Positions 11,001-23,375 are shown, counted from the stretch's first letter. The stretch: DNA of 64,000 nt from Meiothermus sp. (GCA_033762915.1 JANRLD010000072.1:10670-74669), one strand, 5' to 3'. The notes: generated from the letters alone by a model not told the origin. Translations and numbers: made by a program.

Positions 11001-12092
11001 GCTGTCCAAGGGGGTTCCGCTATAGTCGAGCGCCGAGGCTGCCGCTGGTGGTGCGATGCTCACGGTGCCGCCCAGGGTCCCGCTGCCCACCGCGAAGTTG
11101 ACGTCGGTGGACTGTCTCGAGGCGTCGATCTGGGTGGGCAGGGCGGGGTCGGGGCCGGAGAGGTCTGCGCTAAAGGCGTAGACCCGCACATCATGGGCCA
11201 GGGTGGTGTTGAACGCGGAACTGGCGCTAAGGTTGGCGCTGAAAGTGGTAATGGGATCGGGCAGGGTGGCCCGGAAAACGCCGTCGGAGCTGGTGGACAC
11301 TGCGGCCCAGTACGACCGCGCCCGCTCCGCCGCCAGCCAGGTGGCGACCACCTGCGTGGTTGAGACGCTTTGCATGATCAGCTCGGAGGGCTGAGGAAGG
11401 GGCTGCACTACGGCCAGATTGAAGGTGCTGGTGTAGGTCTGGCCCTCTATGGTGGCGGTGGCGGTATAGCTACCTGCGACCGGGGGCGTGGCCCCCCTAA
11501 AGAGAAAGTCCACGCTTCGGATGCTGCTCTGCCCGGCGGCCGCGGCCGGGTAAGACAGCGTGATGGGTTGCCCGCCGTTCCAGCCGGATGGGCCGTCGAA
11601 CCGCAGGGCGATGGCGGACGTGGGCAGGGTGCCGTCGGCCCTTCGAATCTTCCACACCAGCACCGTACCGGGGGTGGCAGAGCCCAGGTTGTACACCCCA
11701 CCTCTGGCCTCTACCCTGAAGGCCGGAACCACCGTGAGGGCCACCGGAGCAGTCTGCGACCCAGCCCGAACGGTAAGGTTATAGGTCTGGGGGGCCACGC
11801 CTTGGGCCACGTTCAGGGTCAGCACGCTGCCCGGATTGGTGTTGCTTATGCTGGCCGGGGCAAAGCTCCCCGTCACCCCGCTTAGGCCAGCGGGAAGCTC
11901 GAGGCTGAGCGGAACCGAGCCACTGCCCGAGACGAAGTTGGCGGTCACGCTCACCGAGCCGGTGGTACCCGTAACCACGCTCAGGTTGCCTGCCGAGACG
12001 GTATAGCTGAGGGTCGCAGCGCCGGGGCCGCATGCCCCGAAGACCAAAGCCAAGAATACCCAAGCCGCCGATTTCCAATGCACCATACCCAC
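8060..12092 (-). pseudogene. S8 serine peptidase lipoprotein with Ig-like domains, interrupted by an IS and a 1-bp frameshift
   Basis: N-part 10519-12092 (lipobox VFGAC, VAVVDTG); middle part STFHGSYVSGT at ~9460-9570; C-part 8060-~9460 (GTSMAAPH). Removing the IS and one TA restores PNGCSTFHG in frame. Confidence 0.9.
9572..10516 (-). mobile_element. IS5-family (ISL2/IS1381-like group) element, 945 bp, transposase inactivated
   Basis: Terminal inverted repeats GACCTCCTGCGAAAGT / ACTTTCGCAGGTTGTC; TA duplication at 9570-71 and 10517-18. OrfA 10024-10479 (FRRLTGV, LEDQLLLTLQYLR); OrfB ~9626-10073 (YYSGKKKRHTLK, LADGGYQG, RIVIEHV), joined at an A-AAA-AAC slippery site. In-frame TAA at 9848-50. 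Confidence 0.92.
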
Positions 12093-12205
12093 CCCCGTGA
12101 ACCCAGCCGCCCGCGGCGGGAGGTGGGTTATTTCTGATGGAACGGCTTCAAAATATCACGGGAAGCTCGAGTCTGTCAGCCTTTAGGTACGGCTAGTCCC
12201 TCGGT

Positions 12206-12832
12206 CTACTTCGTCCCGTAGATGCGGTCGCCCGCGTCGCCCAGCCCCGGCACGATGTAGCCGTGGTCGTTGAGGTGGGAATCCACCGCCGCCACCACAA
12301 TCTCCACGTCGGGGTGGACTTCCTGCACCCGCTTGATACCTTCCGGCGCGGCGATGATGCTCATCAGCTTGATGTGGTGTGCGCCCTTGGCCTTGAGAAT
12401 GCTCAGGGCGTGGATCGCGCTGCCCGCCGTGGCCAGCATGGGGTCAGTGAGGAAGACCCGGCGTTCGGCGATGTCGGGCGGAAGTTTGTTGTAGTACTCG
12501 ACCGGTTGAAGGGTCTGTGGGTCGCGGTAGAGGCCGATGTGGCCCACCTTAGCGGCGGGCACCAGGCGCAGAATGCCGTCCACCATAATCAGCCCGGCCC
12601 GCAGGATCGCCACGATTGCCAGCTTCTTGCCCGAGAGCATGTGGGCGGTGGTGGCCTGCACCGGGGTCTCGATGTCGACGGGGGAGAGCTCGAGGTCGCG
12701 CATGGCCTCGTAAGCCATCAGCATCGTGACTTCCTCCATCAGTTCACGGAACTCCTTGTTGCCCGTATTCTTGTCCCGAATGATCGCCAGCTTGTGCTGC
12801 ACCAGCGGGTGGTTGACCACGGTCACGTTCAT
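12206..12832 (-). CDS. upp: Uracil phosphoribosyltransferase
   Basis: [47 protein letters not shown] -10 hexamer 6 nt before the ATG. Confidence 0.98.
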   Translation of the reverse strand: MNVTVVNHPLVQHKLAIIRDKNTGNKEFRELMEEVTMLMAYEAMRDLELSPVDIETPVQATTAHMLSGKKLAIVAILRAGLIMVDGILRLVPAAKVGHIGLYRDPQTLQPVEYYNKLPPDIAERRVFLTDPMLATAGSAIHALSILKAKGAHHIKLMSIIAAPEGIKRVQEVHPDVEIVVAAVDSHLNDHGYIVPGLGDAGDRIYGTK

Positions 12833-13050
12833 GAGCGAATCGTACCGCGACTGGCAAGCCGTGGGCAATGTGTGGCTTTTGCGCAATCGGGTGAAACCGA
12901 CGCCACGGATACCCAAAGTTGTCTGACCTGCGCCACACTTGGATGCTAATCGAGATTGGATTCAAAGTTTTGCGAGCCTGCGATGACTCGGTCAGCAGAG
13001 CGAGGAACCCGGTGGAATAGGTCGACCGGTCCCCCTTTTTGTCGCGCTAA

Positions 13051-13137
13051 TGGCGTTTTCCACCCTTACCTCCCTCGAGGCGGCAGGTAATGTACTCCCT
13101 ACAGCGTTGCTGTAAGGAGCATACGTGGGAACCGCTC
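13051..13137 (-). repeat. MITE/REP-like element, copy B
   Basis: Reverse complement GAGCGGTTCCCACGTATGCTCCTTACAGCAACGCTGTAGGGAGTACATTACCTGCCGCCTCGAGG...GGTAAGGGTGGAAAACGCCA aligns with copies A and C. Confidence 0.8.
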
Positions 13138-13154
13138 TAGGTCTCGGCGTGGGA

Positions 13155-15170
13155 CTAGGGCTGGTCTTCAAGCCGCCAGACCTGCCCCCCGAACATGCTG
13201 ATCACGTACAGCTCTCCGGCGCTGTCTTCCCCGAACGAGGCCAGCCCGGAGACGCCGCTCAGCTCGGTTCGCCGGGTCCAGCTCGAGCCGCTCTGGCGAA
13301 GACTCCAGAGGTTGCCGGAGCCGAAATCGCCAAAGAAGTAGCGGCCTTGCATTCGAGGGAAGCGGCTGCCCCGGTAGACGTACCCCCCAGTGACGGAGTA
13401 GCCATCGCCCCGACCGTAGTCGAAAACCGGCAGGGTTAGGCCGCTGCGGTTGCAGGTCGACGAGCCATAACAGTTGTTGCCCTCCATGACCTTCCAGCCG
13501 TAGTTGAGGCCGCGCCCGCCGCCGGGGCCAAGGTTGATCTCCTCCCTCGAGTCTTGCCCGACATCCCCCAGCCACAGGTCGCCCGTTTGCCGGTCGAAGC
13601 TGGCTCGCCAGGGGTTGCGCAGCCCCGAGGCCCAGACCTCCGTGACCCGCCCACCCAGGCTGGGATTGTCTGAGGGAATGCTATAGCTACCGCTTCCCGT
13701 GCCGTTCACATCAATCCGCAGCATCTTGCCCAGAAGGCTGCCAGGGTTTTGGGCACGGTTGCCGGGGTCGCCTCCCGCGCCGCCATCGCCGGTGGCGATG
13801 TACAGCATGCCGTCGCGTCCGAAACCGATCCAGCCGCCGTTGTGGTTGTCGTAGGGCTGGTCTATGATCAGCACAACGCGCTCGGAACTGCCGGCGGCAG
13901 TTTTGGCACTGCGGTCGGCGGTATAGCGGGCGATCACGGTGTCGCCGGCGGTGTTGGTGTAGTTGACGAATAAGTGAGCGTTTTGGGCGTAGTTGGGGTG
14001 AAAGGCCAGACCCAGAAGACCTTGCTCGCTGCCGGTGGAGACCCTGGAGGCGATGTCGAGGAAGGGGGCCTGGCGCAGTTGGCCGTTCTCGACTAGGCGA
14101 ATCTGCCCGCTCTTCTGTACGACATAAAGGTCGGGGTCGCCCCCGTGGGTCAGATAGAGGGGCTGGTTAAGCCCGCTTGCTACCAGTACCCGCCGTAGGT
14201 TGGGATCGCCGGTGGGGGGTGGGCTGGAGGAGGGGGTGGTGACGGTGCGCTCGAGGCCACTGCTGAAGCTTGCCCCCACCACGGCGCGGATGCGATAGGT
14301 ATAGGCGGTGCCGGTCGCCAACCCGGTGTCACTGTAGGTTACGGCGGTGAGGTTGTCGCCCCCTATTGGGGCAAACGCGCCGCTGCCGGTTCTGCGCTCG
14401 AGGCTGTATCGGGTCGCCCCGCCCACCGCGCCCCAGACTAGGTTTACCGAGGTGGGGGAGGTCGCGGTCGCGGTGAAGCTCGAGGGGTTACTGACAGGGG
14501 AGGCGGGGGTGGTGAGGGCTACTGACTCCCTGGGGCTGCTGCTGCCCTGGGCGTTGACCGCTGAGACCCGGTAGGTATAGCTGGTGGAGGGGCTTAGTGC
14601 GGTGTCGGTGTAGCTGGTGGCGGTGAGGTTGTTACCCCCGATCGCGGCGTAAGCGCCACTTCCGGTCTTGCGCTCGAGGGCGTAGCGTGTGGCCCCGCTG
14701 ACGGCCGACCAAGTGAGGTTAATGCTGGTCGATGAGGCCACGGTAGCGGTGAGCTGGGCGGGTGTTGCCGGGATGGTGCCCGGGGCCGGGGGCGTGGCGG
14801 CGGGTGTGGTGACCTCTCGCTCGAGGCCGCTGCTGCTCCCCTCAGCGTTGACGGCTTTGAGGCGGTAAGTGTAAGCCGTGTTTGGGGTCAGACCCGCGTC
14901 GGTGTAACTGGTGACGGTGAGGCTGCCGCCCCCAACCGCAGCGTACGCGCCGCCGCCAGTTTTGCGCTCGAGGGTGTAGCGCGTTGCCCCCTCCACCGCG
15001 CTCCAGCTCAGGTTTACGCTGGTGGGTGAGGCGGCGGCTGCGTTGAATGCGGCGGGGTTGGCGGGGGCGCCGCTGGGACCTGGGTTGACCGGGCCGGGTG
15101 GGGAGCTCGAGCCTCGGTTACAGGCCGAGAGCAGGCCGAGTAAGGCTAGGGCGATCAGAACATGGCGCAT
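13155..15170 (-). CDS. PQQ-dependent sugar (glucose/sorbosone) dehydrogenase lipoprotein with three N-terminal fibronectin type III repeats
   Basis: Lipobox LLSAC; three SxTSV/INLxW..GATRY.LER..Y.D..L...T.YTYR repeats; GSDH motifs EQGLLGLAFHP, NHNGG, GLRNPWR, SVTGGYVYRG. Confidence 0.9.
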   Translation of the reverse strand: MRHVLIALALLGLLSACNRGSSSPPGPVNPGPSGAPANPAAFNAAAASPTSVNLSWSAVEGATRYTLERKTGGGAYAAVGGGSLTVTSYTDAGLTPNTAYTYRLKAVNAEGSSSGLEREVTTPAATPPAPGTIPATPAQLTATVASSTSINLTWSAVSGATRYALERKTGSGAYAAIGGNNLTATSYTDTALSPSTSYTYRVSAVNAQGSSSPRESVALTTPASPVSNPSSFTATATSPTSVNLVWGAVGGATRYSLERRTGSGAFAPIGGDNLTAVTYSDTGLATGTAYTYRIRAVVGASFSSGLERTVTTPSSSPPPTGDPNLRRVLVASGLNQPLYLTHGGDPDLYVVQKSGQIRLVENGQLRQAPFLDIASRVSTGSEQGLLGLAFHPNYAQNAHLFVNYTNTAGDTVIARYTADRSAKTAAGSSERVVLIIDQPYDNHNGGWIGFGRDGMLYIATGDGGAGGDPGNRAQNPGSLLGKMLRIDVNGTGSGSYSIPSDNPSLGGRVTEVWASGLRNPWRASFDRQTGDLWLGDVGQDSREEINLGPGGGRGLNYGWKVMEGNNCYGSSTCNRSGLTLPVFDYGRGDGYSVTGGYVYRGSRFPRMQGRYFFGDFGSGNLWSLRQSGSSWTRRTELSGVSGLASFGEDSAGELYVISMFGGQVWRLEDQP

Positions 15171-15541
15171 AGGGCCTCCTTGTCCGGGTCAGCCTATGCA
15201 ACCCCTTTGAGAGCGCTGAGCCGCTTTGCATTAAGTCACTTTTCAGCCAAATCGCCCAGTATGAGTCGCGGCTTTAGACACCTTAATGACGCTCCCATGG
15301 TCTTGTTCCTGGCAGCCTTCCGCTGTGCTGGCCCAGGTGCAAACGGCTGGCTGTTGTTCCTAGTCCCTGCAACTTGCGGTATGGGCGTGCCCTGCTTCCC
15401 TCAATTGAGTTAGAGAGTTGTTTTTACCCAATGGGCAACTCTCTTCAACAATCTGGGCACAACAGTTCAGTTCGACTCTATACACCTACTACCCAAGTTT
15501 CGTTTCGCGACCCTCGAGATTTCCAACTGTAAAGGTGCGCT

Positions 15542-16198
15542 TTAGTCCCGAATATTCCCGGCCTGTTCCAAATACCGCTTCACCCGAATGAGGTGCGCGA
15601 CCATGTTGGCCCGGGCATCGGGGTAGGCCTCGGGGGCGTGCTGTTGCAGGTGGATCAGGTAGTTGGGCTGGGGAATGCCCATCACAACGGGCCGAAACCC
15701 GCTCTCACCAACGATCTTCAGGTAAGGAGACTCAGTGGGCCAGGGCAGCCACTGCCCGGCCGACTGCGTGATCTTGAACCCCTTGCCCAGGAAGTGCTGT
15801 GCGGTGGGGCCGCCCAGGCAGACCAGCGCTTTGGGTGCGATCAGCTCGAGTTCGACCTTCAGTACCTTACTCCAGGCCTTAATCTCGCCCGCGCCGGGTG
15901 TCCGGTTCACGCGCCCACTGGTCTCCTGCTTCCAGGTCCAGACCTTGACCAGATTGGTGATGTACACTTCGTGCCGCTGCAGCCCGGCTTCGGCCAGGAG
16001 CTGGTTCAGCAGTTCGCCCGCAGGGCCGCTGTAGGGTCGGCCTGTTTCGTTGTCGGTGCTGCCCGGCGCGTGCCCGACCAGTACCACCGGGCTGTTGGGG
16101 TCGCCCTCACCGGGTACGATCTGAGTCACCCCTTCGGGCAGGGGAAGGGAGAACAGTTCGGAGTTAAGCTGGACCAGCGCAGCCTCGCGGTTCACCAC
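15542..16198 (-). CDS. Uracil-DNA glycosylase family 4-like protein with atypical active-site motifs
   Basis: VPGEG, VLVGHAPG, GRPYSGPAGELL, YITNLVK, LVCLGG. Lacks the Fe-S cysteines and has QPNYL where HPxYL is expected. Confidence 0.75.
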   Translation of the reverse strand: MVNREAALVQLNSELFSLPLPEGVTQIVPGEGDPNSPVVLVGHAPGSTDNETGRPYSGPAGELLNQLLAEAGLQRHEVYITNLVKVWTWKQETSGRVNRTPGAGEIKAWSKVLKVELELIAPKALVCLGGPTAQHFLGKGFKITQSAGQWLPWPTESPYLKIVGESGFRPVVMGIPQPNYLIHLQQHAPEAYPDARANMVAHLIRVKRYLEQAGNIRD

Positions 16199-16509
16199 CG
16201 GATTAAACGTTAAGGGGCCGGACCAGAGGGTGAGGACAGAAGGAATTGTCCCGCAGTCCTCGGTCCTCCGACGGCGCCGACGAGTTTTTTGGCCTTGACC
16301 ACAGCTGCCGTGAGTGCATAGCGATGTCTCGTCCAGAAGGTTAGATGTTCAGGCCGCAGGAGTTCTTAATCTCGAGACCCATACAGCGACCGCCGGAATG
16401 CTACCAGGGCGGGAATACTCCGGCACAGAGCTGTTTGATGAAACCTTGACCCTGTTCGGCGGCTCTAGACCTCGAGTGCCAGGGGTGATGGCCACAAGGG
16501 TGTTAAGCT

Positions 16510-17133
16510 ATGCCCATGTCCGCGATGCCCGCGCAAATTCATGTCGGAGACGTTCGCCTCGAGCACCAGATGGCATTCTTGCTCGAGATAGACAAGCTCA
16601 AACTGGTCCAGCGAAAAAACTGGGTGGGCGACGGCTCAAGGCGCGAAAATACCGCCGAACATTCTTGGCACATCGCGGTGATGGCGCTGGTGTTGGCCGA
16701 GTACGCCGAGGGGCCGTTGGACCTGGGCCGGGTGGTAGAGCTGCTGCTGGTACACGATCTGGTCGAGATTCATGCCGGCGACACTTTCCTTTACGACACG
16801 CAGGCCAATCAGGGCAAACAGGGGCGCGAACAGCTTGCCGCCCATCTGCTCTTCTCGATGCTGCCCGAGCCCCAGGCCGTACAGTTTCGGGCCCGGTGGG
16901 ACGAATTCGAGTCCAAGGCCACCCTGGAGGCCCGCTTTGCCGCCGCCATCGATGCCTTTCAGCCCATGCTCCAAAACTGGGCCGTGCAAGGCGGGAGTTG
17001 GCGCGAGAACGGCGTGACGGGGGGCATGGCCTTGGAGCGCAAGCGCGAAGACCTCGAGGGCTTCCCTCGCCTCTGGGACTATGCCCAGCGCATCGTAGCG
17101 GGGGCCGTTGAAGCAGGCTATATCGAGCCCTAA
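16510..17133 (+). CDS. HD-domain phosphohydrolase (HD_3/YfbR-like)
   Basis: FLLEIDKLK, RENTAEHSWH, LLVHDLVEIHAGD; exact start uncertain. Confidence 0.88.
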   Translation: MPMSAMPAQIHVGDVRLEHQMAFLLEIDKLKLVQRKNWVGDGSRRENTAEHSWHIAVMALVLAEYAEGPLDLGRVVELLLVHDLVEIHAGDTFLYDTQANQGKQGREQLAAHLLFSMLPEPQAVQFRARWDEFESKATLEARFAAAIDAFQPMLQNWAVQGGSWRENGVTGGMALERKREDLEGFPRLWDYAQRIVAGAVEAGYIEP

Positions 17134-17225
17134 AGATCGCAACCCTTAAAGAGTACCCACCCTCAAGTCTCTTGGCCTAGGGCTCAGAGCTTACGGCTGA
17201 ACGCCGACCGCGGTAAGATTCCACC

Positions 17226-17645
17226 ATGCCCAAAGTCTTAGCGCTCATTGCGCACGACGGCAAGAAGACCGACATGGTGGCCTTCGCGATCCAGCACAAG
17301 GCCGATCTGGCAAAGTACCCACTCATTGCCACTGGAACTACCGGCAGGCTGCTCATCGAGAAGGCCGGACTGAGTGTGGAGCGCTTCCTGTCTGGCCCTA
17401 AGGGCGGCGACCAACAGATCGGGGCCAAGATCGCCCAGGACGAGGTGCTGGCAGTAATCTTTCTGCGCGACCCCCTGACCGCCCAGCCCCACGAGCCCGA
17501 CGTCCAGGCCCTGATGCGGGTCTGCGACGTGCACAACGTCCCCCTGGCGACCAACCTGGCCGCCGCCGAGGCCATTCTGGCCTGGCTGCAGAGTGCACTT
17601 TCGGCCGACGACCAGCAGCGTCGGAGTCCAGATTCTGGGCGCTAG
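17226..17645 (+). CDS. mgsA: Methylglyoxal synthase
   Basis: [43 protein letters not shown]. Confidence 0.97.
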   Translation: MPKVLALIAHDGKKTDMVAFAIQHKADLAKYPLIATGTTGRLLIEKAGLSVERFLSGPKGGDQQIGAKIAQDEVLAVIFLRDPLTAQPHEPDVQALMRVCDVHNVPLATNLAAAEAILAWLQSALSADDQQRRSPDSGR

Positions 17646-17774
17646 GGCCGCAGGGGCGTGCTGAAGGGTCGCAGGGGTGTGAGGAGCCGCAGTGGGGATG
17701 TAAGTCGGAGTGGTTCTTTCCAAACGTGTCCGAAGTCGGTTTTACAAGAAACCTGAGTGTGATAATATCAACCC

Positions 17775-17999
17775 ATGACGCCGCTCGAGTGGATCAAGCA
17801 GATGTTGGAGGCCAACCGGGAGGGGCTCCGTCAGATGCCATTCCCCCCAGGCATGGCCGAATACGTGGACGAGCTGGTGAAGTCGGGCCAGACCCAGGAA
17901 ATCATTGACATGATGAAACTGGGGTTCCTAATGGGCATCCAGCAGGGTGCCCGGTCCGACGAAACCCCCGCACCACAGCCCAGCCGCATCCAGGCCTGA
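17775..17999 (+). CDS. ddrH: DdrH-like small protein (Deinococcota)
   Basis: 74 aa with EW...L..MP.P.G...MKL...G.Q and C-terminal RIQA, resembling Deinococcus DdrH from memory; extended -10 TGTGATAAT 8 nt upstream; own terminator. Confidence 0.6.
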   Translation: MTPLEWIKQMLEANREGLRQMPFPPGMAEYVDELVKSGQTQEIIDMMKLGFLMGIQQGARSDETPAPQPSRIQA

Positions 18000-18030
18000 G
18001 GGCGGGCGACACGCCGAAAAGTTATGCCAT

Positions 18031-18063
18031 AAAACCGACCGTGTTCAAGCGGTCGGTTTTTTT
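18031..18063 (+). terminator. Intrinsic terminator (possibly bidirectional)
   Basis: AAAACCGACCG-TGTTCAAG-CGGTCGGTTTTTTT. Confidence 0.85.
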
Positions 18064-18206
18064 GTCTGTCCATTCAGTCCTGCCTGCGCCGCCGCCCTTA
18101 CCGTGTCTCAACAGTTGAATGCGACAAGCCTTTTATCTCCTACGAGTAATTGCGCCAGGTACACATTTTCCGTATCTCACGATCCCACACTTCTAACTTG
18201 GTGCCT

Positions 18207-19850
18207 TTACTGCGCGGTGCCTACACTTTTTTGGTTTCTCCTGTACTCAAGCGCCGCCGCCACAAACCCGCTGAACGGCGGAGACACCCGCATCGGACGG
18301 CTGCCCAGCTCGGGATGAGCCTGGAGGCCGATGTAGAAGGGGTGATTCGGCAGCTCAATGGCCTCGACCAGCCCCTCCCCGCGCCCATGTACGCCGGGTG
18401 TGACGGCGGAAACGGTCAGTCCGCTCTCGATCAGGCGGCCCACATATTCGGGATTAACCTCGTAGCGGTGGCGATGGCGCTCCATCACCAGCTCCTTGCC
18501 GTACAGCCGGTACAGCAGGGTTTCGGGGTGAATCCGCATGGGCCAGTTGCCCAGGCGCATGGTGCCCCCCAGGCCGTCGACCTCGAGCTGTTCCGGCATC
18601 AGGTCGATCACCTTGTGCGGGGCATAGGGGTCAAACTCAGTCGAGTTGGCCCCCTCGAGGCCCAGAACGTTTCTGGCATACTCGATCACCGAGATCTGCA
18701 GACCCAGGCAGATGCCAAAGTAAGGGAGGTTGTTCTCGCGGGCGTAGCGCGCGCAGGTGATCTTGCCCTCGATGCCCCGAATCCCGAAGCCCGGCCCCAT
18801 CAGCACCCCGTCCACACCCCGCAGCGCCTCGACGGCCTCGGCGTAGCCGGTGATCTCCTCGGAATTGACCCACTTCACGTTCACCCGTGTGTCGTGCGCT
18901 ATTCCCGCGTGGCGGAAACCCTCGAGAATCGAGATGTAGGCGTCCGGCATCTTCACGTATTTACCCACAAAGGCCACGGTGACCTCGTTGGTGGGGTGCT
19001 TAAGCTTGCGGACAGCGTTCTGCCAAAAGGTTAGGCTGGGCTGGATGGGCTCGAGGGCCAGCTTCTTCTCTACTAAGCGCCCCAGGCCCTGCTCCTCGAA
19101 AATCAGAGGCACCTCGTAAAGGTGCTGCACGGTGGGGCTGCTGAATACCTCACTCGGCCGCACGTTGGTGAAGAGTGCGACCTTCTTGCGCACCTCTTCG
19201 GGCACCAGCTTGTCGCTGCGCAGCACCAGCAGGTTGGGCGCGATGCCCACGCCGCGTAGGGCCGATACCGAGTGCTGGGTCGGCTTTGTCTTGAACTCCT
19301 CGGAAGTGGGGAGATAGGGCACCAGGGTCAGGTGCAGGTACATCACATCGTCGTCGTTCTCGTCGAACTGGAACTGGCGAATGGCCTCCAAAAAGGGCAG
19401 GCTCTCGATGTCGCCCACCGTGCCCCCCACCTCCACCACCACGATCTCGGCGTTCTGCTCGGCGGCGGTGCGGCGGATGCGGTCTTTGATCTCGTCGGTG
19501 ATATGGGGGATCACTTGCACGGTCTGTGAGAGGTACTCTCCGCGCCGCTCTTTCTGGATCACACTCTGGTAAATCTGTCCGGTGGTGATGTTGTTGGCCC
19601 GGCTGAGGTCGATGTCTAAGAAGCGCTCGTAGTTTCCGATGTCCAGGTCGGTCTCGGCCCCGTCGCCGGTAACGAACACCTCGCCGTGCTCGTAGGGGCG
19701 CATGGTTCCGGCGTCGAGGTTGATGTAGGGATCGATCTTGATTGCCGTCACCCGGTACCCGCGCCCCCGCAGAATGGCCCCCAGCGAGGCGGTGAGGATG
19801 CCCTTGCCCAAGCTGCTCACGACCCCGCCCGTAACAAAGATGTACTTCAT
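18207..19850 (-). CDS. pyrG: CTP synthase
   Basis: KYIFVTGGVVSSLGKG, KTKPTQHSV, GICLGLQ, ERHRHRYE, HPE. Confidence 0.99.
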   Translation of the reverse strand: MKYIFVTGGVVSSLGKGILTASLGAILRGRGYRVTAIKIDPYINLDAGTMRPYEHGEVFVTGDGAETDLDIGNYERFLDIDLSRANNITTGQIYQSVIQKERRGEYLSQTVQVIPHITDEIKDRIRRTAAEQNAEIVVVEVGGTVGDIESLPFLEAIRQFQFDENDDDVMYLHLTLVPYLPTSEEFKTKPTQHSVSALRGVGIAPNLLVLRSDKLVPEEVRKKVALFTNVRPSEVFSSPTVQHLYEVPLIFEEQGLGRLVEKKLALEPIQPSLTFWQNAVRKLKHPTNEVTVAFVGKYVKMPDAYISILEGFRHAGIAHDTRVNVKWVNSEEITGYAEAVEALRGVDGVLMGPGFGIRGIEGKITCARYARENNLPYFGICLGLQISVIEYARNVLGLEGANSTEFDPYAPHKVIDLMPEQLEVDGLGGTMRLGNWPMRIHPETLLYRLYGKELVMERHRHRYEVNPEYVGRLIESGLTVSAVTPGVHGRGEGLVEAIELPNHPFYIGLQAHPELGSRPMRVSPPFSGFVAAALEYRRNQKSVGTAQ

Positions 19851-20038
19851 AAAAACCTCCGCCGTGCGCTAAACGCCAAGCGTCTAACGTCGGAACGTCT
19901 GTGTCTTGTCAAAGCACCCAAGCCCTTCGACCGGGCGGCTTAGCTATTACGGGATTTGAGCTTACCACTTTCTGGCTGAGAAGTTCAAACGTGTTCCGGG
20001 GTTCGACGGATCGCCGAAGGTGTGCTATCCTCTCCTTT

Positions 20039-20141
20039 GCGTCCTCGGTCTGACGCGGCGTACCAGCGTGAACCGGGTCAGGGCCGGAAGGCAGCAGCCC
20101 TAAGCGCCACGGAACGGGTGCCGTCAGGAAGCCGGGGACGT
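20039..20141 (+). ncRNA. ffs: Signal recognition particle RNA (small bacterial 4.5S type)
   Basis: Domain IV signature GGTCAGGGCCGGAAGGCAGCAGCC inside a ~100-nt hairpin closed by GCGTCCTCGG/CCGGGGACGT and followed by a T-run. Confidence 0.93.
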
Positions 20142-20251
20142 TTTTCTTTTCTCCCAGCATTCTGCATCGAGTTCCCAAACTGCCGGCCTAAAGTTTGCCG
20201 TCAGATCCGATATTGCCCTCTAGAAAGCCTTCCCAGTTTTGTGCCACACGG

Positions 20252-21078
20252 CTAGGCCCTCGCCGCCAAAAACCGATCCACCGCCCAGTCGGGAAGTAGC
20301 CGCAGCAGGAGGGCGGCCATTTTTGCGTCCCGCCCCACCACATACCGGGTGCGGGGGTTGGGCGAGGTAAGGGCGTGTTCGACCGCCCGGGCTACCTCTT
20401 CAGGCGGGGAGCCCACCCCGTCCTGGGCACGGACGTAGCGCAGCAGACCCTCGAGTCGGGTGCCGTATAAGGCCAGGGCTTCTTGCGGCAGGCCCGCCCT
20501 CATCTCCTCCCCCCAGGCTGCGCCCTTTTTCCAGATGGGGGTGCGAATGTTGCCAGGCTCCACCACCGCGACATGCAGCCCCCAGGGTTTCAGCTCGCGC
20601 CGGAGCGAGTCCGAGAGGGCCTCGAGGGCGAACTTCGAGGCCGAGTAAGCCCCGAAGAATGGGGCCGAGACCTTACCGGAAATCGAACTCATCATCACGA
20701 TGCGGCCACTGGCCGGGCGCAGCAGCGGTAGAAAGGCCTGGGTGACCGCAATCTGACCGACGGTGTTGACCTCGAGGATCCGCCGTAGGTCCTCAAGGCC
20801 CATAAACTCCACCGGAGCCGATATGGCGATACCTGCGTTGTTCACCAGGCCGTCCAGAGAGGGGCTCAAGTCCCGGACTTGCCGTACTGCGTCCGCCACC
20901 GAGGCGGCGTTGGTGACGTCGACAAACACCGGGGTTAGGCTACCCTTGGACTTCGCTACCAGCGCTTCGGCGTCTTGGGGCTTGCGTACTCCCGCGAAAA
21001 CCCTAAACCCTCTGGCCTCGAGCCACAGTGCGCAGCTCACACCTATTCCAGTGGAGGCCCCAGTTACCAAGACTGATC

Positions 21079-21082
<4 letters not shown>
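20252..21082 (-). CDS. Short-chain dehydrogenase/reductase
   Basis: TGASTGIG, NNAG, YSASK. Confidence 0.93.
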
Positions 21083-22869
<1,787 letters not shown>

Positions 22870-22960
22870 ACCCAACGGATGAACACTGAATGTAGCCCGT
22901 CTGGCTTGGCCCTGTCGCGCCAAACTCCCCCACCCCCCTGCTATTCCTCAGCCTGCTTTG

Positions 22961-23182
22961 CTACTCTTCTTCTGCCTCGAGCTTTTTCAACAGCTCCTTA
23001 AGGCGCGTTTTCTGGTCGCCTTCTTCCATGCCGTCGGCCAATTTTTCGATGGCCAGGCGCACCACCTCCGACTTCGACACGAGCTGCTCGGGGCTGGAGA
23101 GCTCGTAGGCCAGCTTGGTCAGGAGCGCGTCCTGGTCGTCGCTGATCACCACTTGCAGGCGTTTTTTATCTTTCTTGGGCAT
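22961..23182 (-). CDS. Small ribbon-helix-helix-type transcriptional regulator
   Basis: KRLQVVIS beta-strand followed by two helices (SKSEVVRLAIE); divergent from murA. Confidence 0.7.
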   Translation of the reverse strand: MPKKDKKRLQVVISDDQDALLTKLAYELSSPEQLVSKSEVVRLAIEKLADGMEEGDQKTRLKELLKKLEAEEE

Positions 23183-23346
23183 GGCTCACGCTTTCGGGAG
23201 GGTCGGGGTTTGTGGGTGTCGCCTGAAATGTTGCTCTCGCAGGATCTGCAAAACCATTACGATATACTCCGGGCACGGTTGGGTTTACGGTCACGAAGTA
23301 AACGTTTATGCGTTTCTGGCCTAACTTTAGCACGTTATGTTTATGC

Positions 23347-23375
23347 TTGACAATAAGGGTTTTACTATCTATGCT
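23347..23375 (+). promoter_or_regulatory. Sigma70-type promoter for murA
   Basis: TTGACA-17 bp-TATGCT in an AT-rich intergenic region. Confidence 0.8.

Noticed and set aside
14230..15060. ~270-300-bp tandem DNA repeats
   Set aside because: Fully explained by the three FN3 domains of the dehydrogenase.
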